Shown here: piece after piece, positions 50,291 through 59,821 of the stretch
Numbering within the stretch: position 1 is the stretch's first letter
How the letters are laid out: every line of letters begins with the position of its first letter
Assembly: GCA_017551675.1 (NCBI GenBank)
Contig: JAFZLC010000047.1
Span: 18,576 to 82,575, forward strand
From: Paludibacteraceae bacterium
GTDB taxonomy: Bacteria > Bacteroidota > Bacteroidia > Bacteroidales > Paludibacteraceae
DNA: 64,000 nucleotides
Reading direction: 5' to 3'
Program-made: the position numbers and the translations under genes
Notes under the pieces: generated by a model
What the model was told of the DNA's origin: nothing
The model's database searches: none
What the model saw: the letters and a program-made list of their open reading frames with translations, nothing else

Positions 50291-50291
50291 A

Positions 50292-51560
50292 TTATTGGTT
50301 ATTCGGTACCTCCGATGCATCTACTATCTTGTATAATTTGTCGGAAGGACGTATCTTACTTGGAACTTTAATTGAAAATAATTCACCTCTTTCACAACTA
50401 TCAGCTGTTTTACAATCTACTTGAATCTCATCCGCCGTTATTTCTATCACTCCTGTAGTTGGTCCGGTTATAATTAAATTATCTCCTTTCTTAACTCCAT
50501 ATTTTGTCTCTACCAAAAATTCAGCTACGCCTAACTTCGAATAATATTTCATGCCCTTTCCAACGTATACTTTCCTTTTTGTAGATTCAGATCCATACGT
50601 CGAACTCCATTCGCCTAATCGCTGTCCTAAATAATATCCATTCCAAAATCCTCGATTAAATACTGTCTTTAATCGCTCATCCCAATTCTTAATCTTCTCT
50701 TCTGAATAACTTCCATCTATGTATGAGAGTATAGCCTCATTATAACATTCTACTACCGTCTTTACATATTCTGGTCCACGCGCACGTCCTTCAATCTTGA
50801 AAACTCTCACTCCAGAATCCATCAGCTTATTCAAAAAATGAATCGTCTTCAAATCCTTTGGCGACATCAAATATTGATTGTCTACCTTGATCTCAATGTC
50901 CCTTTCATCGTCAATTAGACGATATCCGTGTCGACATACCTGGTAGCACGCTCCTCTGTTGGCAGATGCATTCAACTCATGCAAACTTAAATAACATTTA
51001 CCAGATACTGCCATGCATAACGCTCCGTGACAGAACATCTCAATCTTGATCAATTCACCTTTCGGTCCACAAATATTCTCCGCTTTTATCGCTTGATAGA
51101 TGGCTGATACTTGATCCATGTTGCACTCACGAGCTAACACTACCACGTCGGCATACCTTGCATAAAACTTTAACGCTTCTACATTCGCTATGTTCAGCTG
51201 CGTCGATAGGTGAACTTCCACTCCCTTCTCAAATGCATATAACATCACAGATACATCCGCCGCAATGATCGCACTTATGTTTACCTCCTTCGCCGTGTCT
51301 ACTATCTCATGCATCAACTCTATGTCATCGTTGTATATCACCGTGTTGACAGTAAGGTAACTTTTTACATTGTGCTCCTTGCATATTCTTACTATCTCTC
51401 TTAAATCTTCTGTCGTGAAATTACTTGCTGATCGAGAACGCATATTCAGTTTCTCTATTCCGAAATAGACCGAATTGGCTCCCGATTGAATGGCTGCCAT
51501 CAAACTCTCATACGAGCCAACTGGTGCCATTATCTCAAATTCTTCTCTTTTGTAATTCAT
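50292..51560 (-). CDS. peptidase U32 family protein (collagenase-like PrtC; possibly an RNA hydroxylase of the TrhP/RlhA type)
   Basis: 422 aa with U32 colinearity (…FCHGALCMAVSGKCYLS… Cys cluster). Gene context is dusB, dtd and mnmG. Confidence 0.75.
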   Translation of the reverse strand: MNYKREEFEIMAPVGSYESLMAAIQSGANSVYFGIEKLNMRSRSASNFTTEDLREIVRICKEHNVKSYLTVNTVIYNDDIELMHEIVDTAKEVNISAIIAADVSVMLYAFEKGVEVHLSTQLNIANVEALKFYARYADVVVLARECNMDQVSAIYQAIKAENICGPKGELIKIEMFCHGALCMAVSGKCYLSLHELNASANRGACYQVCRHGYRLIDDERDIEIKVDNQYLMSPKDLKTIHFLNKLMDSGVRVFKIEGRARGPEYVKTVVECYNEAILSYIDGSYSEEKIKNWDERLKTVFNRGFWNGYYLGQRLGEWSSTYGSESTKRKVYVGKGMKYYSKLGVAEFLVETKYGVKKGDNLIITGPTTGVIEITADEIQVDCKTADSCERGELFSIKVPSKIRPSDKLYKIVDASEVPNNQ

Positions 51561-51562
51561 AT

Positions 51563-52015
51563 TTACTCTTTATTCTGTGAATCCATTATTATAGTGGTCG
51601 GTCCGTCGTTTAAAAGCCTTACTTTCATATCCGCACCGAATTCTCCTGTTTTAACTTCTTTTCCTAATAAATTGCCGATTCTATCGCAAAATTTATTATA
51701 CATCGGAATGGCAAATTCATGCTTGGATGCCTTTATATACGATGGCCTGTTTCCTTTCTTGGTCGATGCTTGCAATGTGAACTGACTCACTACAAGTATC
51801 TCTCCATTTATATCAAGTACAGAGCGATTCATAACATCGTTTTCATCGTTAAATATTCTCATATTTACGATTTTATTGGATAGCCATTCGATATCTTCAT
51901 CCCTATCTCTGTCTTCAATGCCTACCAATACTAAAAGTCCTTCACCAATCTCTGATTTTATTTTCCCATCTATGGTGACCGACGCTTCCGTTACTCTCTG
52001 TATTACTACTCTCAT
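51563..52015 (-). CDS. dtd: D-aminoacyl-tRNA deacylase
   Basis: 150 aa. MRVVIQRV… and the SQFTL motif. Confidence 0.9.
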   Translation of the reverse strand: MRVVIQRVTEASVTIDGKIKSEIGEGLLVLVGIEDRDRDEDIEWLSNKIVNMRIFNDENDVMNRSVLDINGEILVVSQFTLQASTKKGNRPSYIKASKHEFAIPMYNKFCDRIGNLLGKEVKTGEFGADMKVRLLNDGPTTIIMDSQNKE

Positions 52016-52018
52016 ATT

Positions 52019-53836
52019 TTATTTTTTATCGGTTTCATCATGAAAATAATTATATACTAAATTGGCTTTCTCTTCACCAATTATTTCAACTATTTTCTCT
52101 CTTTCACTCTCTTTGATTCGCTTGACACTTTTCAGTGCTTTTAATAACTTTTCTTGTGTCTTTGGTCCTATTCCTTTTATATCTAACTCACTGTGTAACT
52201 GCGATTTACTTCTTTTTTCTCTGTGAAATTTTATAGCAAACCGATGTACCTCATCCTGAATCGAACCAAAAAATCGGAACGTTTCATCACTCGGATCTAA
52301 CCCAATTACTTGCGGTGGAAATCCAAATAACAACTCTTTCGTCTTGTGCTTGTCATCTTTCGCTAATCCCGCAATCGGTATATTTAGGTGCAGTTCATCT
52401 TCTACCACCTCTCGTATCACTTCCATCTGACCAATGCCTCCATCTGCTATAATTAGTTGTGGCAGAGGACTTTCCTCTTCCATCAGACGTGTATATCTTC
52501 TTCTGACCACCTCCTTCATTGATGCATAGTCGTCCGGACCTTCCACCGTCTTAATGTTGTATTTTCGATAGTCATTCTTCGATGGTTTCGCCATTTTGTA
52601 TACTACACAGGCGGCTACGGCATCGCTTCCTTGTATGTTGGAGTTGTCAAAGCATTCAATCTGAATGGGCAATTTATCCAGTTTCAAGAGATCCTGTATT
52701 GTCTTCAATAACTTTGTCGCCCGTTGTTCCGGATTAAACTTCTCCATCTGTTTCATCCGATCAAAGCGGTATTGTTTGACATTTTGAATCGAAAGGTCCA
52801 ACAGTTTCTTTTTCTCTCCTCTTTGCGGTACTGTGACCGTTGCATCTCCTAAATCATAGCCAATATCAAATGGTAATAAAATTTCTTTTGATTGACTTTT
52901 AAATCTTTCGCGAAGTTCGATGACGGCACTTGCTAAAATATCCTCTTTTTCTTCGTCTGTTCGTATTTTATATTCGAGGGTATAGGCTTGTGTGATGGTG
53001 CCGTTTGTAACCTTTAAAAAGTTGATGAAAGCGTTATTTTCATCGATTTCAATGGCAAAGGTATCAATGTTTGTCAAAAGTGGATTGACAATGGTTGATT
53101 TCGATTTATATTGGCTTAAAATGTAGAGTTTTTCTTTGAGCACTTGTGCCTCTTCAAATCTGAGTTCTTCGGCCAATTTCATCATCTCTTTTTCGATGTT
53201 TTTCTCGATTTCACCGATTTCTCCTTTTAGGATTTGCTTGATTTCCTCAATGTTTTTTTTGTATTCTTCCCAGCTCTGTAGTCCCTCGCAGCATCCCTTG
53301 CATTTCTTGATGTGATATTGCAGACACACTTTGTATTTGTTTTGCTGAATGGCTTCGGGAGTCAGGTTCAGTTTACAGTTTCGAAGGGGATAGAGTTGTT
53401 CGATCAGCTCTAAAATAGTTCTCAAAGCGGGCGCGTAGGTATATGGTCCATAATATTTTGAACCATCTTTGACGATGTTTCTCGTTTTGAAAACTCTTGG
53501 AAAATATTCGTTTTTTATGCAGATGGAAGGGTATGTTTTGTCATCCTTCAGCAGAATATTGTAGCGTGGCTGATGCTTTTTAATCAGGCTGTTTTCTAGC
53601 AAAAGGGCATCTTGTTCTGTATCGACAACGATGTATTTGATATCTACAATTTGTTTGACAAGAACTTTTGTTTTGATACTCTGTTGTACTTTGTTGAAGT
53701 AGGAGGAGACACGTCTTTTCAGATTTTTCGCCTTTCCAACGTAGATAATCTCATCTTTGTCGTTGAGGTATTGATACACTCCTGGTTTTTCTGGAAGTGA
53801 CAATACGATTTGTTTGAGATGAGATACTTCTTGCAT
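52019..53836 (-). CDS. uvrC: excinuclease ABC subunit C
   Basis: 605 aa. N-terminal GIY-YIG domain (GVYQYLNDKDEIIYVGKAKNL…), UvrBC-interaction region, and C-terminal RNaseH-like/HhH domain (GIGPKTQEKLLKAL). Confidence 0.9.
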   Translation of the reverse strand: MQEVSHLKQIVLSLPEKPGVYQYLNDKDEIIYVGKAKNLKRRVSSYFNKVQQSIKTKVLVKQIVDIKYIVVDTEQDALLLENSLIKKHQPRYNILLKDDKTYPSICIKNEYFPRVFKTRNIVKDGSKYYGPYTYAPALRTILELIEQLYPLRNCKLNLTPEAIQQNKYKVCLQYHIKKCKGCCEGLQSWEEYKKNIEEIKQILKGEIGEIEKNIEKEMMKLAEELRFEEAQVLKEKLYILSQYKSKSTIVNPLLTNIDTFAIEIDENNAFINFLKVTNGTITQAYTLEYKIRTDEEKEDILASAVIELRERFKSQSKEILLPFDIGYDLGDATVTVPQRGEKKKLLDLSIQNVKQYRFDRMKQMEKFNPEQRATKLLKTIQDLLKLDKLPIQIECFDNSNIQGSDAVAACVVYKMAKPSKNDYRKYNIKTVEGPDDYASMKEVVRRRYTRLMEEESPLPQLIIADGGIGQMEVIREVVEDELHLNIPIAGLAKDDKHKTKELLFGFPPQVIGLDPSDETFRFFGSIQDEVHRFAIKFHREKRSKSQLHSELDIKGIGPKTQEKLLKALKSVKRIKESEREKIVEIIGEEKANLVYNYFHDETDKK

Positions 53837-53838
53837 GG

Positions 53839-55713
53839 TTATCGACCTAAAAGAATGAGAAGAATATTGATGTCGCTTGGCGAGATACCTGGTATTCTAC
53901 TAGCCTGTCCGATGGTTTCGGGGTTGATACGCTCCAACTTTTGTCGTGCTTCCGTAGAGAGTGAATGCAGGGTTGAGTAATCAAATTTCCCTTTGATTTT
54001 AATGTTCTCCAATCTATGTAACTTATTGGCTATTAATGTTTCACGCTCTATGTAGCCTTTATATTTGATATTGATCTCCGTAGCTTCGACTATCTCGTCT
54101 CTTCTGGAGGTTATCTTCTCTATTTCTTTTTTCAATGCAGGAATTCCTTCTTTCAGCAGATCGATGGTTAATTGTGGTCGCATAACGAGGTCGACCAGCT
54201 TACAACCGTTTTTCAGTTCGCTTGTTCCATGCTGGGTAAGGAAGTCGTTGATATAGCTTGTTTTTATCGAATAGTTTTCGATGAAATCGGATAATTTTTG
54301 AATTTCCTCTTCCTTTTTTCTGAAGAGGTCATAGCGCTCTTGCGTGGCTAATCCCAGTTCGTAAGCCTTAGGGGTCAGACGCTTGTCAGCATCATCTTGA
54401 CGGAGCAGAATACGATATTCTGCACGTGAGGTGAACATTCGGTAAGGTTCGTCCACTCCTTTGGTGACAAGGTCGTCGATCAGTACACCGATATAGGCTT
54501 CGTCTCTACTTAGGGTGAATTCTTTGCCACCGCAACATTTCTGATGTGCGTTGATACCAGCGATGATACCTTGTCCTGCTGCTTCCTCGTAGCCTGTGGT
54601 ACCGTTGACTTGTCCGGCAAAGAACAGATTCTCAACGATTTTCGATTCAAGCGTATGTTTTAGTTGCGTAGGATCGAAGTAGTCGTATTCGATGGCGTAG
54701 CCCGGTCGGTATATATTGGCGTTTTCCAAACCTTTGATTGTTTTCAGCGCCTTCACTTGAATATCGAGTGGGAGTGAAGAGGAGAAACCGTTCAAGTAAT
54801 ATTCTTGTGTTGTTTCACCTTCAGGTTCCAAAAAGAGTTGGTGTCTCTCCTTATCGGCAAAGGTGACGATTTTAGTCTCGATACTTGGGCAGTAGCGAGG
54901 ACCGATACTCTTGATTTGTCCGTTGAAAAGGGGAGAATCTGGTAATCCTTCACGCAGAATTCTATGAGTCTCCTCATTGGTGTAAGTAATGAAGCAGCTC
55001 TTCTGTTGAAGCGGTCTTGGTTTAAAATCAAGGAAAGAGAATTTATGGAAGTCGTCTTCACCATCTTGCACTGTCATGACGGAGAAATCGATGGTACGGC
55101 CATCAATTCGGACAGGTGTACCAGTTTTCATTCTGTTGGTGTTGACGCCCAGTTCTTTAAGTTGTTCGGTCAGTCCGTAGGAGGCAGGTTCAGAAATTCG
55201 GCCGGCATGTATTTGAGTCTTTCCACAGTGGATTAGTCCCGAGAGGAAAGTACCAGCTGTCAGCACAACAGCGTTGGCCTCGAAAGTTGCGCCCATGGCA
55301 GTTTTTACACCTGTGACCCTTTTCCCATCCATTACAAATTCGATGGCGGAGTCTTGCCACATACTTAGGTTAGGCAAGTTTTCGAGGGTGTTTCGCCATT
55401 TCTCACTAAATTTCTGGCGGTCGGCTTGGGAGCGAGGGCTCCACATAGCAGGACCTTTCGAACGGTTCAGCATTCGGTATTGGATAGCGGTGAGGTCGGT
55501 GATGATACCCGTGTAGCCACCCAAAGCATCTATTTCTCTAACGATTTGCCCTTTGGCGATTCCACCAATGGCGGGGTTGCAACTCATTTGTGCAATCTTA
55601 TGCATATCCATTGTGATCAAAAGAGTCTTTGATCCAAGGTTTGCTGCAGCTGCAGCCGCTTCACAGCCTGCATGTCCAGCTCCAATAACGATAACATCGA
55701 ACTTGAAATTCAT
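53839..55713 (-). CDS. mnmG: tRNA uridine-5-carboxymethylaminomethyl modification enzyme
   Basis: 624 aa. FAD-binding motif [14 protein letters not shown] and full MnmG/GidA colinearity. Confidence 0.95.
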   Translation of the reverse strand: MNFKFDVIVIGAGHAGCEAAAAAANLGSKTLLITMDMHKIAQMSCNPAIGGIAKGQIVREIDALGGYTGIITDLTAIQYRMLNRSKGPAMWSPRSQADRQKFSEKWRNTLENLPNLSMWQDSAIEFVMDGKRVTGVKTAMGATFEANAVVLTAGTFLSGLIHCGKTQIHAGRISEPASYGLTEQLKELGVNTNRMKTGTPVRIDGRTIDFSVMTVQDGEDDFHKFSFLDFKPRPLQQKSCFITYTNEETHRILREGLPDSPLFNGQIKSIGPRYCPSIETKIVTFADKERHQLFLEPEGETTQEYYLNGFSSSLPLDIQVKALKTIKGLENANIYRPGYAIEYDYFDPTQLKHTLESKIVENLFFAGQVNGTTGYEEAAGQGIIAGINAHQKCCGGKEFTLSRDEAYIGVLIDDLVTKGVDEPYRMFTSRAEYRILLRQDDADKRLTPKAYELGLATQERYDLFRKKEEEIQKLSDFIENYSIKTSYINDFLTQHGTSELKNGCKLVDLVMRPQLTIDLLKEGIPALKKEIEKITSRRDEIVEATEINIKYKGYIERETLIANKLHRLENIKIKGKFDYSTLHSLSTEARQKLERINPETIGQASRIPGISPSDINILLILLGR

Positions 55714-56536
55714 AACTTCTCCTAATTTAGTGCAAAAATACTAAATTTTACAGATTTTGATAGTATTGTAGTGATGGTAAAAACAAAAAAAAACCACAAC
55801 TAACTCTTCACAGAGTGATTGTGGTTACTATTTTAAAGTATAAATGTTTCCTGAGAACGAAAATATTTTTTTCCGTTTACATGGCAAAGATAGAGCATAT
55901 CTAAACACGGCAACGGAGAATGATAGTTCAAAAAAGGGTGAAAAATGTTTCATATACCGATAAAACCGCATATTTCCACGTCTAAACCGATATTTCATGC
56001 ATATGTAGGGGCGAATAGCATTCGCCCTCGGTGATGCTTGCACTGTCGTTTTGATTCGCCCATGATGATGCTAGCTCCCGTCATTGTCATTTGTCCCCCA
56101 CCGAATCCCCTTCCATCATCCATGCGTTTCCCATCGTCCATCGGTTATGGCACCATAGACATTGCACGTTGCGTATGCCCCATAGGGGCTCTCTCTTAAT
56201 AGCAAAGAACGCGATATAGCAAGAACATATATCCCGTTAGGGGCTTTCTATCAATATTAACAATCATTTCCCCCCCGATGGGTCATAAATTTTTAATCCA
56301 CAGGTTGTTATTCGAGCTATATCTATTATGATCTTTCATCCCTATCTGCACTGCCTCTGCCAATCGATGTAACTATCGGTTCAAAATATACCTACATTGT
56401 TCGTCCGATCTCCACAGAGAATGTCTGTCCGGCAGAATATACAGATCCAATTATCTTTGGTGGATTAGTGAAGTGATTTTCGATGAAACGGCAAAAAATG
56501 GATGATGAGTTAGCTCGGAACGTTTGCCTAAAGGGA

Positions 56537-56572
56537 ATAAAAAAAGATGACTAAGAACTAGTCATCTTTTTT
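56537..56572. terminator. bidirectional rho-independent terminator immediately downstream of the 3' end of tRNA-Met
   Basis: AAAAAAAGATGACTA-agaac-TAGTCATCTTTTTTT: a perfect 8-bp stem with A/T runs on both sides. Confidence 0.6.
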
Positions 56573-56585
56573 TGTTTTCCTATGT

Positions 56586-56656
56586 TGCGGAGGCCTGACT
56601 CGAACAGACGACCTTTGGGTTATGAGCCCAACGAGCTGCCAACTGCTCCACTCCGC
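56586..56656 (-). tRNA. tRNA-Met (anticodon CAT)
   Basis: Reverse complement: GCGGAGTGGAGCAGTTGGCAGCTCGTTGGGCTCATAACCCAAAGGTCGTCTGTTCGAGTCAGGCCTCCGCA. It has a 7-bp acceptor stem, D-loop, anticodon loop CTCATAA and T-arm GGTTCGAGTCC-like. The three G-C pairs in the anticodon stem suggest initiator type, although pair 1:72 is G-C. Confidence 0.85.
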
Positions 56657-56686
56657 ATGTAGCCAACTCATTTTTGAATTGCGTTG

Positions 56687-56694
56687 CAAAGGTA
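56687..56694 (-). promoter_or_regulatory. candidate -7 element TACCTTTG about 30 nt upstream of the tRNA-Met 5' end
   Basis: The plus strand reads CAAAGGTA. The core CATACCTTTGCAACG is identical to the 1858-1865 plus-strand element. Confidence 0.3.
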
Positions 56695-56827
56695 TGGCTT
56701 TTTCTTGTAAAAAACAATACTTGAGCGATAAAAAAATGTTAAATTGTAGAAAAGAAGGGCTGGACACCCTATTTTTATAGGGTGTTTCGTGACTGAGCGT
56801 GTGCGTTTTTAACGCCAAAATGGGTGG

Positions 56828-57787
56828 TTAAACAATCCTGCTTAGGGGATTTTTACCCTCGAAAAAGAGTTGAATATTCTTCATGGCATATTCGAACATA
56901 GCCTTTCGTGCTTCGTGTGTGGCTGTTCCGATATGGGGTACAATGACGACATTGTCTTTCCCCTTTAACCCTTCATGTATATTTGGCTCTTTTTCAAATA
57001 CATCTAATCCTACGCCTCCGATATGTCCATTCTCCAGATACTGGACCAACGCCTCTTCGTCGATGACGGGCCCTCTGGCGGTGTTGATGATGAACACTCC
57101 CTTCTTGGAGGATGAAATCGCCTTTTCATCGAGTAAATGATGGGTGCTATCATCTAATGGGGTGTGAAGTGATATATAATCGGAGGTTTTGAGAATCTCC
57201 TCAAAAGTAACGTATTGTGCGTTGTATAATTGCTCGATAGAAGCGGCAAGTTGATGTCGGTTGTAATACTGGATCTTCATGCCGGCGGCATGGGCTCTTC
57301 TGGCTACGGCCTGACCGATGCGTCCCATGCCAATAATGCCCAAGGTCTTGTTATAGAGACCCGTACCGAGATTCTCCATGACACCCCATTTGATGGGCTC
57401 TTTGTATTGCAGTTTCCGATTGCACTCGCTCACTCTACGGGAGAGGTCAGACATCAGCGCAAAAGCCAATTCGGCAGTGGGCTCGATAACAGGGTCGGGG
57501 GTGTTGCAGACTGCAATGCCTTTTGCTTTGGCATACTCGATATCAATATTGTTGAATCCAACGCCAAAATTGGAGATGATCTTCAGATTCTTTCCTGCAT
57601 CGATAATCTCTTTGTCTATTGGCAAATTAAACATAGAGAGCAGTGCGTCGCAATCGCCTATTTTTTCTATTATCTCTTCTTTGGAGAATGTTTTATCCGT
57701 AGGGAATAGATGATCACATCCCTCAGAGATATCAGAAGAATTATACCTGGATAGGTTGTATGTGACAAGTATTTTTATTGGTTTCAT
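56828..57787 (-). CDS. D-isomer-specific 2-hydroxyacid dehydrogenase (glycerate dehydrogenase / hydroxypyruvate reductase-like)
   Basis: 319 aa. NAD-binding GxGxxG (GIIGMGRIGQAVA) and the catalytic R…E…H triad region (…VPHIGTATHEAR). Confidence 0.8.
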   Translation of the reverse strand: MKPIKILVTYNLSRYNSSDISEGCDHLFPTDKTFSKEEIIEKIGDCDALLSMFNLPIDKEIIDAGKNLKIISNFGVGFNNIDIEYAKAKGIAVCNTPDPVIEPTAELAFALMSDLSRRVSECNRKLQYKEPIKWGVMENLGTGLYNKTLGIIGMGRIGQAVARRAHAAGMKIQYYNRHQLAASIEQLYNAQYVTFEEILKTSDYISLHTPLDDSTHHLLDEKAISSSKKGVFIINTARGPVIDEEALVQYLENGHIGGVGLDVFEKEPNIHEGLKGKDNVVIVPHIGTATHEARKAMFEYAMKNIQLFFEGKNPLSRIV

Positions 57788-57813
57788 GGAATATCGTTTG
57801 GGATGATCTGTTT

Positions 57814-59778
57814 CTAGAAATCGCTTTTTGATTCTGAAATTATCATTTCATAGAATACGTTGAGCATCTCCTGGCTAGGGTTAAAACTCTTGTCAGGTTT
57901 TAAGTTGGGCGATTCATCCTTTTGCAACTTTTGCATAAGATTTTGAATGGCATTAGGAATCTGCTCTTTGTTTTCTATCATGATAAATATACCATTAGTG
58001 GCTTTTGCTATTTTTTTCAGTGGTTCCAAGTCTTGTTGATTTATTATCTCTGTGTAATATTTTTCATCTTTAGACTTGTAAAAAACATTTTCTTTTTTGC
58101 TGCCTAAGGCAATGATATCAACTCTTATTTTATTTTTCAATAGGAGGTTGATAAGGTAGGATTCACTGATATGGCTTCTATTGTCATCCCCATCAGTGAG
58201 TAATATGATGGAGAAATTTTGTTTGGAGGTTAAAGCACCTTCACGTAAAGCACTTGCTATGATTGCGTCGTAGACAGCAGATCCATTATTGTTTTCCGAT
58301 GGATTTACGTTGGGAATTTCTCCTATTTCCTGGTCGGTAGGATAGTGAGGTTTCCCTGCAAATATTGTAGTAGAGTAGTCTGTCAATTTATTTTTCAATT
58401 CATCAACAACTATTTTTTCTAATTCAAGAAAACTCTCAGAAAGCGTGTCAATTTTTTTGGAAAGGCTTCCTGAATAATCAATGATAAGTCCTAATTTATG
58501 TGGATGATCAGAGATGTCTAATTTGGTTTCCTTTGTGGGTAATCGTTTGTTTGAGACTTTTATTTCGATAGCTTTTGTTGTTATTATAGTGTCTGAGGGT
58601 AAAAGAAAAGAGGGGATGTCAACCACGTTATTTTTTCTTTTTTGAGGCTGATCATATTTTAAACCGATGGATATTGGTTCTATTGTCAATTTGCCAGATT
58701 GCAATGGAACAACGATAAATCTTTTTAGTAGATAAGAATTCATTTTTGCTCCATTATATGATACTTTTTCATACATATGTCCTTCCAGAATATGTTGTTC
58801 ATGATAATATGCGTTGGTAATAAACTTAGAACAATCATTAATACCAACCACATGAGATTCCTCGTCTATATATGCGATTAGATCACACTCTATGCTATCT
58901 CCTATGGCTACTTCTGTTTCGTTGGGTTTTATTTCAGCGATTATGGAAAAATTTTTATTCTTGTCTTGGGTGGTTTTTATGGATGATTGCTTCTTTACCT
59001 GAACATTGATTGATTTGGAACTCAGTTGTTCACCATTTGCCAATTTAATCGTGAAGGGTGGTATAGAATAAGCTCCCTCTTTCTTAAATTTTAATATATA
59101 TAGATAGTTTATTTTGTAATTGGAATAACGTTTCCCGTCGCTAATGCTCATATTAGAACTGGTGGAACGAAAAGGGCCTTCTACGGTATAATCATCTTTA
59201 TTCCAATCATGTTGAACAGAGATGATATTTGGGAGGGAATCGGTATTTTCACAGATGTAGTTTATTCTGTATTTTTCTTCTAATTGAGCGGTTATGTCAG
59301 CTTTAATTCTAATATTACATTTACTTTCAACTTTATTCTCGTTTTGGGTAGTTTCTGTGGCTGATTGGCTCTTTACACGAACAATAATCGACTCGGAAGT
59401 CAGTTGTTTACCATTTGCTAATTTAAATTTGACGGGTGGTATGGAATAAACACCTTCTTTCTTAAATTTTAATGTATATCGATAGATTGTTTTGTGATTG
59501 TGAATAAGTTTTCCGTCGTGGAAAGACATACCAGAACTGTTGGAACGAGAAGGTCCTTCTACGGTATAATCATCATTGTTCCAATCATGTTGAACAGAGA
59601 TGACATTTGGGGTGGAACTGGTATCTTCAATGAAATAGTCTATTTTGTAGTTTTTTTCTAATTGAGCGATTGTGTCAGCCTCAATTTTAATATCCCATTT
59701 CTTTTCTCCTCTGACATAGGGTGAAATAATTATACATAGAAACAACCCAATGATATATCGAAGAATTCGTGTGTTCAT
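57814..59778 (-). CDS. secreted protein with three BatD-like repeats fused to a C-terminal von Willebrand factor A domain
   Basis: 654 aa. Signal peptide; two roughly 115-aa near-identical repeats (…QHDWN(N/K)DDYTVEGP… KFKKEG(V/A)YSIPP…) and a third degenerate one (…PLQSGKLTIEPISI), resembling the BatD family motif. vWA MIDAS motif D-YSGSLS. Confidence 0.55.
   Translation of the reverse strand: MNTRILRYIIGLFLCIIISPYVRGEKKWDIKIEADTIAQLEKNYKIDYFIEDTSSTPNVISVQHDWNNDDYTVEGPSRSNSSGMSFHDGKLIHNHKTIYRYTLKFKKEGVYSIPPVKFKLANGKQLTSESIIVRVKSQSATETTQNENKVESKCNIRIKADITAQLEEKYRINYICENTDSLPNIISVQHDWNKDDYTVEGPFRSTSSNMSISDGKRYSNYKINYLYILKFKKEGAYSIPPFTIKLANGEQLSSKSINVQVKKQSSIKTTQDKNKNFSIIAEIKPNETEVAIGDSIECDLIAYIDEESHVVGINDCSKFITNAYYHEQHILEGHMYEKVSYNGAKMNSYLLKRFIVVPLQSGKLTIEPISIGLKYDQPQKRKNNVVDIPSFLLPSDTIITTKAIEIKVSNKRLPTKETKLDISDHPHKLGLIIDYSGSLSKKIDTLSESFLELEKIVVDELKNKLTDYSTTIFAGKPHYPTDQEIGEIPNVNPSENNNGSAVYDAIIASALREGALTSKQNFSIILLTDGDDNRSHISESYLINLLLKNKIRVDIIALGSKKENVFYKSKDEKYYTEIINQQDLEPLKKIAKATNGIFIMIENKEQIPNAIQNLMQKLQKDESPNLKPDKSFNPSQEMLNVFYEMIISESKSDF
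58983..59691 (-). repeat. intragenic tandem duplication of about 345 bp (two units, roughly 80% DNA identity) encoding the two N-terminal BatD-like repeats
   Basis: Units at about 59346-59691 and 58983-59325 align base by base (e.g. …GGTGGTATGGAATAAACACCTTCTTTCTTAAATTTTAATGTATATCGATAG… versus …GGTGGTATAGAATAAGCTCCCTCTTTCTTAAATTTTAATATATATAGATAG…). Confidence 0.75.
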
Positions 59779-59821
59779 CTTTTAGTTATTTTATTATGAA
59801 GTGTTTTCAGAATTATCTTTC

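Noticed and set aside
42280-53840. Block with markedly lower GC and T-ending codons (deoC, ispB-like, polA, dusB, U32, dtd, uvrC) considered as a horizontally acquired island
   Set aside because: All the genes are core housekeeping genes in conserved order, and no integrase or transposase is present. The bias is the low-expression codon pattern (TTT/ATT/GAT/TAT), in contrast with highly expressed genes such as mdh and glnS. It reflects expression level rather than foreign origin.
55828-56043. 71-aa ORF in the ORF-free region near tRNA-Met
   Set aside because: Arg/Phe-rich low-complexity translation with no start context, and no similarity to anything recognisable. It is treated as noncoding, and the region is discussed as a possible remnant or ncRNA instead.
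56558-56818. 86-aa ORF on the minus strand
   Set aside because: It overlaps the tRNA-Met gene and its promoter region, so it is spurious.
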